Source of the DNA: a virus
Lineage: Duplodnaviria > Caudoviricetes
DNA: 63,824 nt
Strand: one strand, 5' to 3'
IMG/VR virus record: IMGVR_UViG_3300048061_000822
Location: 1-63,824 of that record
Part shown: one piece after another, positions 18,103 to 27,353 of the stretch
How the letters are laid out: every line of letters begins with the position of its first letter
How positions within the stretch are numbered: position 1 is the stretch's first letter
The notes under the pieces: model-generated
Databases searched by the model: none
What the model was told of the DNA's origin: nothing
What the model saw: the letters and a program-made list of their open reading frames with translations, nothing else
Position numbers and translations under genes: made by a program

Positions 18103-20927
18103 TATGCTGATTTACCTGAGGTTACATAATCTTTTAGGGAAGCAGCTTTATCAAAGGCAGATAATGTATCTCCTACATAAGAATTATGTGTGCCATAATC
18201 AGAAACCTGCGAGCCTGATGAATCTATTATCACCTTTGTATCACCTACAATATCAAGACTGTGATTGTCAGATTTATCTTCAATTAATTCTGCCTCATAT
18301 TCATAGGATGTACCTGAAACATTAAATACAGAGTCATTTCCATTACCATAGGCAATAAATCCAGTGTCTGTAATTTCAATATGACCAGTCCCATTAGTTA
18401 CATCACTTTGGGTTATTGTATATGAAGTGCTACCACTATAATATCTTTTTGCCCCGACTATTGACTCACCATCCCTGATAGTCATATACCCATTATATGT
18501 ACCACCTAAAGCGCGCACAGTTACCCTAGAAGGTCGATATCCAAGGTTTACAGTATATCCACTAGCTGAACCATCTCCTGTATAGGTTCCATCTGCCTTA
18601 CTGCCCTGAATTAACATTTCAGCACCTGAAGTACTACTAAGCTGACGAATTGGGGTAAAATCAGCAGTGTAGTCAGCAGTCTTCGTAATCCTAAAGTCCT
18701 GAATTAAACCATCAAAGTCTCCGACAAGTGTGCCATTAGTATTAACTAAACCACCAATAATAAGTCGCTCGGAGATTGCCCTAACTGTTGTGGAATTATC
18801 ATTATATTCAATTACACACTCTCCATTATAGTATAATTTATAATTCGAACCAGATCGAACAAATGCCATATGGTACCATTCATTAGTGGGCGTGGCTACA
18901 TTTGTTCTCATTTGACCATCAACTGTCTTGGAGCCTTTCACTGCTACTATTTCATCAGAAGAGGAACCACTCCAAAAAGTGTCTATCCCTATTAAGGAGC
19001 TTGCAGTAAGAATCGATAAATGTTTTCCATTAATAGTAGTTCCTGATACCTTTCCAAAAGAAAGTATTCTTTGATTCCATCCATTAGTAATCGAATTATC
19101 ATGCCTTTTTGCCCAGAGTGAAATGGTAAAGTCTCCTGATAGATCAAATGGTTCGGCAGGACAACTCAAAGAAGTATCACCAAAATTAGTAATTGTATGG
19201 TTATTGGTAGATTTATCTACTATTTGCCCAGAAGAACCACCAAGTAAAACAACCGTATCACCACCCGTTGATGCTATCTTAAAGTTACTTATGTAACCTG
19301 TTGCCTTTGCGGTTCCCCGAGGGCTATACTGTATGGCTCCTATAGTATTTTGAGGGCGATTAAAATAATTGTAAGTTGCAGTATCTGGTACATTATTGGT
19401 GGTGTTTACAATTACCCCGTTTTGATATAAATTTAATGTTGTACCTACGACCTCCAATTTAATTGTCTGCCATTCATTAAGTATAGATTCACCAGCACCC
19501 GAGAACCATATACTTTTGAGTGGAGTATATAAAATCCAGCCGGATGCGTTTTGCCAAAATCCAAACCCATTATTCCCTCCCGAAACTGTCCTGTTGTCAA
19601 ATACTTGTGCATTGGTTGATTCAGCATAAAATGAGCACTCAACAGAAAAACCTGCCTTCCACCATTCACTGTTAGTTGTTATATACCCAGAGTCTAATCC
19701 CAAATAATCACTGCCATCTAAATATATACACTCCGAACCATCAGTTCTTTTATAAGGTTCTATGTAATCTCCACTACCATCAAGTTCAATTGCAGATTCA
19801 AAACTTGCTTCCAGTCTATTATTGTTAAATTTTTTAAGAATCTGTCTGTAAGAGTCATTAGCGGCGGCAGTAAAGTCAGGCGTGCCATACCAAATGTAGT
19901 CATCATTAATATGAGTTAATTGAAGAGCCGTCTCGGTATCAGAATAATCAGTAAGAATATAATCGGGTATAATATCCTCCCCTGTTTTATTCTTTGTTAT
20001 AATCGCACCAAGTTTGCCACTTCCCGAAGCAGTGCTTCCGTCACTATTAATTTCCGTACCACTTGCGTAATCAATGCCCGTACCGTCAGCATTAACCTTT
20101 AAATATTTACCGTTAGAGTAATTACCAGGGGTATCTTCTAAGTCTATAAATGTAGAAGCACCGGCTATTCCCTGCTCTCCTTGCACCCCTTGTATTCCTT
20201 GAACACCTTGAGCGCCCGTATCACCTGTATCTCCCTTATCCCCCTTATCTCCTTTTTCTCCCTGAATGCCTTGGATACCTTGAATACCAACTCCATCATC
20301 ACCTTTATCACCCTTGTCACCTTTTGAACCTTGTATGCCCTGCGTACCATCGGTACCGTCAGCACCAGGCGCACCCTCAGCGGCAAGTAATGCCCAATCA
20401 GAAGTACTTGTGTCAGGTTGTTTATTAGTTGAATCCTGTAACGCAAAATAACTAGCACCATCATATCCAACTACTTGGTCTTTAGTATATGTAGTGGATA
20501 CATCCCATGCACCCTGCCAAGCTAAACCAGCAGGCGATACTGGTCCCGCAGGACCTTTTGGCCCCACTGGTCCTTGAATACCATCCTGTCCATCTCCGCC
20601 ATCATCTCCCTTGTCGCCTTTATCACCTTTCTCGCCTTGAACTCCTTGTATACCCTGTAAACCAACTCCCTGTTCTCCTTGGTCTCCTTTATCTCCTTTA
20701 GGGCCAACGGGTCCAACGGAACCTTGCTCACCTTGCAAGCCCTGAATACCGCCCGCTACTCCGGCAGCCATAAAATTCTCAATGGTCACAAATTTCTCTG
20801 TACCTGAAGCACTACCCTTGCCATCAGACTTATCTGTTATGAGTACCAGGTCATCTATGTTTGGTCGCGTCCCAAGCATTCCTCTACGAGTTTCATCAAA
20901 TTGTGAAGATTTAGTTACATTTGCCAT
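18102..20927 (-). CDS. Fibre/adhesin with collagen repeats, CBM5/12-like motif and LamG/ConA-like domains
   Basis: Gly-X-Y tracts; [24 protein letters not shown]; DFTISLW...WYHMAFVR...LYYNG...[10 protein letters not shown]. Confidence 0.8.
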   Translation of the reverse strand: MANVTKSSQFDETRRGMLGTRPNIDDLVLITDKSDGKGSASGTEKFVTIENFMAAGVAGGIQGLQGEQGSVGPVGPKGDKGDQGEQGVGLQGIQGVQGEKGDKGDKGDDGGDGQDGIQGPVGPKGPAGPVSPAGLAWQGAWDVSTTYTKDQVVGYDGASYFALQDSTNKQPDTSTSDWALLAAEGAPGADGTDGTQGIQGSKGDKGDKGDDGVGIQGIQGIQGEKGDKGDKGDTGDTGAQGVQGIQGVQGEQGIAGASTFIDLEDTPGNYSNGKYLKVNADGTGIDYASGTEINSDGSTASGSGKLGAIITKNKTGEDIIPDYILTDYSDTETALQLTHINDDYIWYGTPDFTAAANDSYRQILKKFNNNRLEASFESAIELDGSGDYIEPYKRTDGSECIYLDGSDYLGLDSGYITTNSEWWKAGFSVECSFYAESTNAQVFDNRTVSGGNNGFGFWQNASGWILYTPLKSIWFSGAGESILNEWQTIKLEVVGTTLNLYQNGVIVNTTNNVPDTATYNYFNRPQNTIGAIQYSPRGTAKATGYISNFKIASTGGDTVVLLGGSSGQIVDKSTNNHTITNFGDTSLSCPAEPFDLSGDFTISLWAKRHDNSITNGWNQRILSFGKVSGTTINGKHLSILTASSLIGIDTFWSGSSSDEIVAVKGSKTVDGQMRTNVATPTNEWYHMAFVRSGSNYKLYYNGECVIEYNDNSTTVRAISERLIIGGLVNTNGTLVGDFDGLIQDFRITKTADYTADFTPIRQLSSTSGAEMLIQGSKADGTYTGDGSASGYTVNLGYRPSRVTVRALGGTYNGYMTIRDGESIVGAKRYYSGSTSYTITQSDVTNGTGHIEITDTGFIAYGNGNDSVFNVSGTSYEYEAELIEDKSDNHSLDIVGDTKVIIDSSGSQVSDYGTHNSYVGDTLSAFDKAASLKDYVTSGKSA
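20165..20750 (-). repeat. Collagen-like (Gly-X-Y)n coding repeats (approximate limits)
   Basis: [19 protein letters not shown] tracts. Confidence 0.85.
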
Positions 20928-20939
20928 GATATTACCTAT

Positions 20940-21152
20940 TTATTTTTGAAAAAGTTTTTGTATGTCCCGTCTACGGTCTTCCAAGACCTTACTCATGAAA
21001 GTTAATTTCTCTGTCTTTGTTGCATCTGCCAGTTCAAGTTTCCGTACCGTCTCACTCAACCTATCCAACTCAACCTTGTTTTTCTTCAGAAAGAAAGCTA
21101 ACACCGACAGTGCCACCCCTACCCCTGCAAACATATATGAGGATACCTCCAT
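20940..21152 (-). CDS. Small membrane protein (holin-like candidate)
   Basis: One TM helix then charged coiled coil. Confidence 0.5.
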   Translation of the reverse strand: MEVSSYMFAGVGVALSVLAFFLKKNKVELDRLSETVRKLELADATKTEKLTFMSKVLEDRRRDIQKLFQK

Positions 21153-21158
21153 ACATAC

Positions 21159-21178
21159 TAATCTAATTTATTAGGTCA
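21159..21178. promoter_or_regulatory. 20-bp palindromic motif copy (TAATCTAA-TTTA-TTAGGTCA)
   Basis: Fills an intergenic gap. Confidence 0.7.
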
Positions 21179-21183
21179 TAATG

Positions 21184-21399
21184 TCAAGATGCCTTCCTTT
21201 TCTTTTTTTCTTTCGTCTCACTCACCAAAAGCGGTGTCTCCAGCAGTTCCTTCGATACAGTACCACAAAAATTACACTGGCCAAACCCTACCTCAAACAA
21301 ATCCCTAATATTCCACCCGTGCTTCTTGGCACATTTCTTACAGGTAAAGACCCTGTATGTCCGTTTACTTGTTTTTGACATCACTCTCTCCCCATCCAA
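21184..21399 (-). CDS. Small zinc-finger protein
   Basis: CKKC...CNFC. Confidence 0.5.
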   Translation of the reverse strand: MDGERVMSKTSKRTYRVFTCKKCAKKHGWNIRDLFEVGFGQCNFCGTVSKELLETPLLVSETKEKKKRKAS

Positions 21400-21691
21400 A
21401 TACTCCCCCGTACCTCTCTCTCCCCCAGCAATTCTTCTTTACCAGGTTACTAAATGGTACATAGCAACCACATCCCATACTACCCGTCCGACATGACCTA
21501 AACTTAGCATCATATATCGGACATTTTATACATACCTTCATCCGCCGGATCCATTCCGCTTTACCAACCTTATGCTTGCGTAGCTCAAATAAGCCCCGTA
21601 GCACCCCCTTAACGGCACTCCAGCCAATTTCGTAGTACATTACCATCAACCACTCGATATACATCCTCATAACCTCAATATGACCTAACAT
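21365..21691 (-). CDS. Cys-rich hypothetical protein
   Basis: RMKVCIKCP...C...CGCY...CW. Confidence 0.55.
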   Translation of the reverse strand: MLGHIEVMRMYIEWLMVMYYEIGWSAVKGVLRGLFELRKHKVGKAEWIRRMKVCIKCPIYDAKFRSCRTGSMGCGCYVPFSNLVKKNCWGRERYGGVFGWGESDVKNK

Positions 21692-21700
21692 TTTAGGTAT
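21681..21700. promoter_or_regulatory. 20-bp palindromic motif copy (TGACCTAA-CATT-TTAGGTAT)
   Basis: At the start of the leftward block. Confidence 0.7.
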
Positions 21701-21764
21701 GACAAGACACTAAAACCTTCTACTGGGTTACTGGGTTACTGTGTTTCATACACATATATTACAA

Positions 21765-21811
21765 ATGTGGCGCCACTTTATTAAGTAAAACCCCCAAATG
21801 TGACGCCACTT
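21765..21811. repeat. Two copies of ATGTG(G/A)CGCCACTT
   Basis: 21765-21778 and 21798-21811; reverse complement of the initiator-region motif. Confidence 0.65.
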
Positions 21812-21910
21812 TCCATATACCAAACTTTTTCAAAATCCAGAAACTTGAGAAAATGGTTATATATACGCAACGCAGGCAATACAACATCCCCCCCTCCCCC
21901 CCTCCGGGTC

Positions 21911-21932
21911 TGACCTAACAAGCATTAGGTCA
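21911..21932. promoter_or_regulatory. Perfect-arm variant with 6-nt spacer (TGACCTAA-CAAGCA-TTAGGTCA)
   Basis: Both 8-bp arms perfect; next to a poly-C tract at the strand switch. Confidence 0.7.
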
Positions 21933-22180
21933 TGGATATTCTGTAAGTCGTTACAAGTAAATTATTTATATAAGTATATGTTCACTTTATTTTCACCTTC
22001 ACATTTTATTTTGGTCATTCGATCAAATCTTTTTTGCATATGGTAAATTTTCAATAACCATAATGCAATTGGAACGAGGGGAGCAAACCCTCGTTATGAC
22101 ATATCCAAAAGGAGTCTCCAACCAAGAATATAAATTTTATTTCCTAATAAACTAACAATAATAACAAAAGGAAAAAAACA

Positions 22181-22960
22181 ATGAATGAATCAACAATAAT
22201 TAATAATGGAAATTTTACCTTAGCCAATCGTCAAGGTTTGCAAAGTAAAATCAAAATAAAACAACTTTGTCAAAAGACCGACAAAAAGACAGAAATCACA
22301 ATGACTTGCAACAATCGTTTGAAAAGTTTGCAAAGCGATTTGAAAAAAGTCAAAGAAGCAAAAAACAATGGTGATTTTACTTTTAATGGTTTACCTATTG
22401 AATCGGTTATTCTTCAAAGGAGTGAAGACATTAAAACCTTTTTGGTTGAAAATGCTATCGTTCCAACTGAAAAGGCAATGCAAACCTTAATCGAATTTGC
22501 AAGTGAAGGTAAAACACCTCATAAAAATGATAAGTTTCCTAAGTTTGGATATGATTATGTTCTCAGTGATGAACAAAGTAAAGTTATTGGTTTGCACCTT
22601 GCAAACGATAAAACTTGGTTGAATTCAATTGAGGGACAAAAAGTTGAAAAAGCTTTTGCTTCTTTGATTCAAAAAAATATAGGTCAAAGAAAATTCAAGA
22701 TAGGTGCAAGGAATGGCAAGCAAATCATTCAAGGTGCTTATGTATTTGAAAGTGAAGTCAATGCCAATATAAAATCTCAATGGGATAAGAGACTAGCACA
22801 CAAAAATGCTTTCTTATTATCCCTTGAAAGTAAATCGAAATCAATTGAGGAAAAAACTATTTCGGAATTGAGACTAGAATTAAAATCTAGAGATTTACCT
22901 ACCAAGGGGAAGAAAATTGACTTAGTCAATCGTATCAAAGCATTTGATCAATCCAATTAA
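22181..22960 (+). CDS. Early protein with C-terminal SAP domain
   Basis: EEKTISELRLELKSRDLPTKGKKIDLVNRI matches the SAP pattern. Confidence 0.65.
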   Translation: MNESTIINNGNFTLANRQGLQSKIKIKQLCQKTDKKTEITMTCNNRLKSLQSDLKKVKEAKNNGDFTFNGLPIESVILQRSEDIKTFLVENAIVPTEKAMQTLIEFASEGKTPHKNDKFPKFGYDYVLSDEQSKVIGLHLANDKTWLNSIEGQKVEKAFASLIQKNIGQRKFKIGARNGKQIIQGAYVFESEVNANIKSQWDKRLAHKNAFLLSLESKSKSIEEKTISELRLELKSRDLPTKGKKIDLVNRIKAFDQSN

Positions 22961-22985
22961 TTAATAAATCTACCTTTGCACCATT

Positions 22986-23780
22986 ATGAAAATTAAAACA
23001 AAAGATATGACTTACTCTCAATGGCTTGTACATAATAAGAAATTGAGGAAAAAACAAACCTTTGACAAAGATTGCCATAATGGTGCAAAGCATAGATTTA
23101 TTGATGCTAATAGACAAAAGAAAAGGATTTATCGCAGGTCAACAGCAAGATTAATTGCACGAATGGCAAATCCTTTACTCACAAAATTTTGTGGTGGGTA
23201 TATCCAAAAATCAAAACAAAGAATAATTATAAAAACCTCAATTGATACTGAGGTAATTATGCAAAGAACAAAAAGGAATGGTTTTTGGACTCCAATTAAT
23301 AAAGGTTTTAATGATTTATCATTTGAACAAATTGAAATCGAATGGAATGAAATTTTAAATGGTTTATCTTATATGTTTAAAAGTAGAGAAAAATTTAAAG
23401 AAGATTTTTTTGTCCCTTCAAATCATAAAATAAAATCTAGTATTAAATCAATTACCTTTCAACCATTGGGGGAAAAATCAATTACACAAAATTTCAAATC
23501 TCATAAACCTATCCTTAACAATTCAATCAAAGCAAATGGTTCTCAAATAGAATTCAATTCCAATCGATTGGACAAAATAACCAATGGGTACGAAAAGGAA
23601 AACGATAAGATTGAAATAATAAAAGATGATTATGGAACATATAAAAAGAATATTATTTCTAAAGGTAAAACTAAAATCAAAAAAGATTTACCTAATGCAA
23701 AAAGTTTTAACTCAATTAATCCCGATGGAACAATTAAGAAAACGAAAACTTTGTTCCAATCTAAAAGAAGATTCCTGTAA
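22986..23780 (+). CDS. Lys-rich hypothetical early protein
   Basis: 264-aa ORF in very AT-rich DNA. Confidence 0.6.
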   Translation: MKIKTKDMTYSQWLVHNKKLRKKQTFDKDCHNGAKHRFIDANRQKKRIYRRSTARLIARMANPLLTKFCGGYIQKSKQRIIIKTSIDTEVIMQRTKRNGFWTPINKGFNDLSFEQIEIEWNEILNGLSYMFKSREKFKEDFFVPSNHKIKSSIKSITFQPLGEKSITQNFKSHKPILNNSIKANGSQIEFNSNRLDKITNGYEKENDKIEIIKDDYGTYKKNIISKGKTKIKKDLPNAKSFNSINPDGTIKKTKTLFQSKRRFL

Positions 23781-23795
23781 AAAGGAATTTTTTTT
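23771..23795 (+). terminator. Intrinsic terminator candidate
   Basis: ATTCCT-GTAAAA-AGGAAT then T-run. Confidence 0.5.
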
Positions 23796-23834
23796 CGCCC
23801 TTCCTATCATTGTAACACGCAACACGAAGCACAT

Positions 23835-24116
23835 ATGAAAATACAACCAATTAATATTTGCCTTTGTAATTCTTGCAAAGGTCATGTTCTTACAAAAACT
23901 GACAACACATACTCCCATCCATTCCCGCCATCCCGGTCAATGGATGATATAAACGAACTTGGACTAAAAGAGTGTCGTTGCAATTGGGTGTTACATCTAC
24001 GCATCCAAGAGGGAAAAATTGAATGTGGTGATATATATGTCGATAGGTTTTGCAGATACTACACCAATGTGGAAGATGCACAAAAATTACAACTTTCTTA
24101 TGCCCACGCCAACTGA
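23835..24116 (+). CDS. Cys-rich hypothetical protein
   Basis: 93-aa ORF. Confidence 0.5.
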   Translation: MKIQPINICLCNSCKGHVLTKTDNTYSHPFPPSRSMDDINELGLKECRCNWVLHLRIQEGKIECGDIYVDRFCRYYTNVEDAQKLQLSYAHAN

Positions 24117-24551
24117 GAGGCGTGATGTAAGCCAACCATAGCAATAAATACCAGTCATCGCCCTCGTGGGCGTTACAAATACACGAGCCGTGTGCAAGGG
24201 ACACACATTAAACTCTTTCCCTTAGATTTTAGAGGCACATATGCGTTACCTCTAGGTTAGAAACAAACATGGGTATTGTGACGGAGTTTTACTTTCTTCT
24301 CTGGTTATTTTTAACGCCCTTCCTGTAATCACATAAAAGCAGGAACTTTTTCAATGAATCCAAGAAACTAAATATCTAAATCATTAAATACAAATACACA
24401 GATTGCCTTAGTAGGAAAAGCGTTCCTATAGAACTACACGCTAGTAGTGCTAAATGTGGGCAAATAATACCAGGAGGGATTGCAACCTCAGTCAGACACA
24501 TGACGAAATTGCTAAACATTTCTTCCTATCAACGCAACACACGCAACACGC

Positions 24552-24785
24552 ATGAAAATACTTATTACAACTAACGCAGTTCCTACACACTTTAAGCAGA
24601 ATGCTAGTGTGTCTATGGGTAAGAACTTTGGTCCTGCCGTGTATCAACGCTTAGTAGAGGCACATGGGTATGGAGGTAGACCGAGCGACTCGGTCAATAA
24701 GAGGAATGCTGAAATGCTTTTAATTAATGAGGCTGTACAGAATGGTCTCCTAATGGTAACAACAACACATAAAAATATGACCTAG
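24552..24785 (+). CDS. Hypothetical protein
   Basis: 77-aa ORF. Confidence 0.55.
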   Translation: MKILITTNAVPTHFKQNASVSMGKNFGPAVYQRLVEAHGYGGRPSDSVNKRNAEMLLINEAVQNGLLMVTTTHKNMT

Positions 24786-24797
24786 TAAAATAGGTCA
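24778..24797. promoter_or_regulatory. 20-bp palindromic motif copy (TGACCTAG-TAAA-ATAGGTCA)
   Basis: At a gene boundary. Confidence 0.7.
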
Positions 24798-24810
24798 GTA
24801 GAAAGAAAGT

Positions 24811-25128
24811 ATGCAAGAATCAAATCAAACTCAGATTGATCGGTTTACCCATCGGTTTGAGGAAAACAAGGGCAATATGAATTGCCTCAAGGATAAGCAC
24901 ATGAGGGTGAAAATCACTCTGAATGATGCACGGAATAACCGGGCGAAATGTCAGGAGGTATATGATGAGAGCGACCACAAAGACCATCGTCTTGAACCTG
25001 CACTCGCACTCTTTGACCTGTATATCAGGGATTTAATCAATGAGTCAGATGTCTGTGCAAATAGGCTAAGGGAAATGGATAGCGACCAATGCTATTACGC
25101 AGACAAACTCGCACTATTGGAGGGATAA
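24811..25128 (+). CDS. Coiled-coil hypothetical protein
   Basis: 105-aa ORF. Confidence 0.55.
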   Translation: MQESNQTQIDRFTHRFEENKGNMNCLKDKHMRVKITLNDARNNRAKCQEVYDESDHKDHRLEPALALFDLYIRDLINESDVCANRLREMDSDQCYYADKLALLEG

Positions 25129-25129
25129 C

Positions 25130-25369
25130 ATGAGCACCTATTGCATATTAAGACAATACCACCCAGGTCTTTCACTGAAGTACTTACCTCTTGGAGCTAG
25201 AACTAGAGTGGTAAGGAAAGGACTAACGCTAGAACAAGCACAAGCACACTGCAATGACCCTAAAACTTCTACTGCTTATTACTTTGATTCCTACTCATCT
25301 GAGGAGAAGTGCAAGCACAAGAAAGGGTATAATATTAAACACAAAAGAGCAGATAATTATGAAATATAA
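25130..25369 (+). CDS. Hypothetical protein
   Basis: Contains RKGLTLEQAQAHCNDPKTS. Confidence 0.55.
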   Translation: MSTYCILRQYHPGLSLKYLPLGARTRVVRKGLTLEQAQAHCNDPKTSTAYYFDSYSSEEKCKHKKGYNIKHKRADNYEI

Positions 25370-25685
25370 AAACTTATGGGACTTAATTCTCGATGTGGCA
25401 TTGGGAATTAGGGACACCGATAAAGAAAGAAAGAAGGAAGAAATGTCTTCTTTCAAATCCAACCTAGCAGATTGTGCTAGATTCTATCAACAGGAGATAT
25501 CACTAAAAGCAGATATCCACGGTATGTTACCATCTGATGGTGCTTGGATAATTGATGTATTCTCAGCTGACAGCTCAGAAAAAATTACCCTGAAAATACC
25601 TTGCGATAGAAGCAAGCCCCTAGAACTAACAGAAACTAGGGCAGTTACCAAAATCGTAACCACAACTTATAACCATGAAAATTAA
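25359..25685 (+). CDS. Hypothetical protein
   Basis: ATG 25359 (MKYKNLW...) overlaps the upstream gene. Confidence 0.5.
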   Translation: MKYKNLWDLILDVALGIRDTDKERKKEEMSSFKSNLADCARFYQQEISLKADIHGMLPSDGAWIIDVFSADSSEKITLKIPCDRSKPLELTETRAVTKIVTTTYNHEN

Positions 25686-26457
25686 TCCGGACGACTTACA
25701 ACAATCCATCTTTGGCTCAGGTATTGAGCGTAGGGATGGAGCAATACATATGGATACCGATAGAGAACTTGTTGCTCAATTTCCATATAAGCCCGAACTT
25801 GGTAGGTATCTATCTGCTAGTGTAGAGGTGGATGCCACGCAGAGATTCATGGCATTCTGCCCGTCATGTGCGGGTAAGAATAGTCATCAACAGGCTACTA
25901 AGCTAGATGAATTGATTGCCTTCCTATCACACAATGTAGGCGAGGAGGACACACCATTTGGTTTATTCCTTAGATCAGGCATTAAAGGTCTAACAGAGGC
26001 TATTAAAGCCACTAAGCTAGGTAAATGGTCATTACTTGCACCTAGCTTGTTTGAGACTGCGAAGTTTTATAAGGAGCATGGCTTTGGGAGACCTAACCTT
26101 GACCCACGGGTATACACATATCTACCAGGTTGGGGACTGAAGACTGCACGACTATTTCAGATGCATGTCTTCCACGAGCCGTGTGCTGTGCTAGATACAT
26201 ACATATTGAAGTGGTTGGCAGGGGATGAGCGATTTAATGGGACGAATGTTACTCCTCCTAAGAATTATAAGGATGTACCTACTCAGAGTATTTCTAAGTG
26301 GGAGACTTATCAGAGGTGGGAAGATGCATTCTTAGCAGAATGCGTTAGACGCAATTTGTCCCCACTAGAACTGGATAAAGCAATATGGGTACATGCCCGT
26401 ATCAAACCTAAGCAAGATAAAACACAAGAACTATGGGAAGGAAAAGGATATGCCTAA
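25675..26457 (+). CDS. HhH-family DNA glycosylase (Ogg-like)
   Basis: LPGWGLKTARLF (HhH with Lys), AVLDTYILKWL (Asp), ELDKAIW. Confidence 0.7.
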   Translation: MKINPDDLQQSIFGSGIERRDGAIHMDTDRELVAQFPYKPELGRYLSASVEVDATQRFMAFCPSCAGKNSHQQATKLDELIAFLSHNVGEEDTPFGLFLRSGIKGLTEAIKATKLGKWSLLAPSLFETAKFYKEHGFGRPNLDPRVYTYLPGWGLKTARLFQMHVFHEPCAVLDTYILKWLAGDERFNGTNVTPPKNYKDVPTQSISKWETYQRWEDAFLAECVRRNLSPLELDKAIWVHARIKPKQDKTQELWEGKGYA

Positions 26458-26722
26458 TTTAACTATACTCGGACTCGAGGACAATTGTAACTCGGATTAT
26501 CAATGCTTCGTCTTTGACGGAATCAAATCAGAGGAGTCGCCAGAAATTGCTCTATTCATCAAGCGATGGGTGGAGAAACAATTTTGGTTTCCCTTGATCA
26601 ATAGCTCAGGAAAAGCTTACCCACCTGTTAAAGGTGAGGAGTACCATGTAAACATCAGGCACATCAATGCAATCACTGATGTCAGTACACACAACATTAA
26701 CGAACCACACCTACACTTATGA
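26450..26722 (+). CDS. Hypothetical protein
   Basis: AAGGA before ATG 26450. Confidence 0.5.
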   Translation: MPNLTILGLEDNCNSDYQCFVFDGIKSEESPEIALFIKRWVEKQFWFPLINSSGKAYPPVKGEEYHVNIRHINAITDVSTHNINEPHLHL

Positions 26723-26916
26723 CATATAAAAACATACGCATGAATAAATTTAAAATAACATTCTTCGGGCGTGAGCAAGGGGCGATAGGCATAGCATATA
26801 CTATGTCAATAGAAGTCCAAACACCTTACGCATTTATTAACGACGCTGTAGCAGGCAAAGCAATTAACTCTGCCGGGTATGAGTACAACTACATAAAGGA
26901 TGTAGAAAAACTATGA
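26719..26916 (+). CDS. Hypothetical protein
   Basis: FKITFFGREQGAIGI; ATGA-coupled. Confidence 0.55.
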   Translation: MTYKNIRMNKFKITFFGREQGAIGIAYTMSIEVQTPYAFINDAVAGKAINSAGYEYNYIKDVEKL

Positions 26917-27353
26917 TTGTATACGAATCAACACAAACATACACAAGGGTGGGTGAGATTACTCACGCTAACCTAGATCAACCATACAAGGTTTTTGAAT
27001 ACATGAAAGATGCATTTGAATCTCACCCCTTACAGGAACAAGTGTGGGTCATTATGCTTAATAGAAAGAATTTCCCAATCGCTAGGGAAAGAGTTACTAT
27101 CGGTTCAACAACTGCAGCACACCTTGACCCATCTATGGTCTTTCGACCTGCCATACTTGCCGGATCAACCGCAGTTATATTAGCACATAATCATCCAAGT
27201 GGTGACCCAACTGCCAGTGTTTCGGATAAGGTTAATACGATGAAGTTAATAAAGTGTGGTAAATTGTTAAATATTGGGGTTCTTGACCATGTAGTAATAG
27301 GTCACAATCAATTCTACTCAATGTGCGACGAGCATGACTGCGACTTTTGCTAA
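26913..27353 (+). CDS. radC: RadC-like JAB/MPN domain protein
   Basis: QE...ILAHNHPSGDPTASVSD...VLDHVVIG. Confidence 0.92.
   Translation: MIVYESTQTYTRVGEITHANLDQPYKVFEYMKDAFESHPLQEQVWVIMLNRKNFPIARERVTIGSTTAAHLDPSMVFRPAILAGSTAVILAHNHPSGDPTASVSDKVNTMKLIKCGKLLNIGVLDHVVIGHNQFYSMCDEHDCDFC

Noticed and set aside
18102-20927. Diversity-generating retroelement target
   Set aside because: No reverse transcriptase or TR/VR repeat pair seen in the window
16957-21152. Complete lysis cassette
   Set aside because: Only small membrane proteins are seen; no endolysin motif recognised in the window
22000-23780. Restriction-site-free leading region
   Set aside because: GATC, AGCT, GTAC and TCGA all occur; apparent depletion can be explained by low GC
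24110-24515. Hammerhead ribozyme (CTGAGAG; GAC-GAAA)
   Set aside because: The CUGANGA and GAAA cores do not flank a common stem II
27284-27304. Additional palindrome copy TGACC-N11-GGTCA in radC
   Set aside because: Spacing is off by one and the left arm is poor; likely chance
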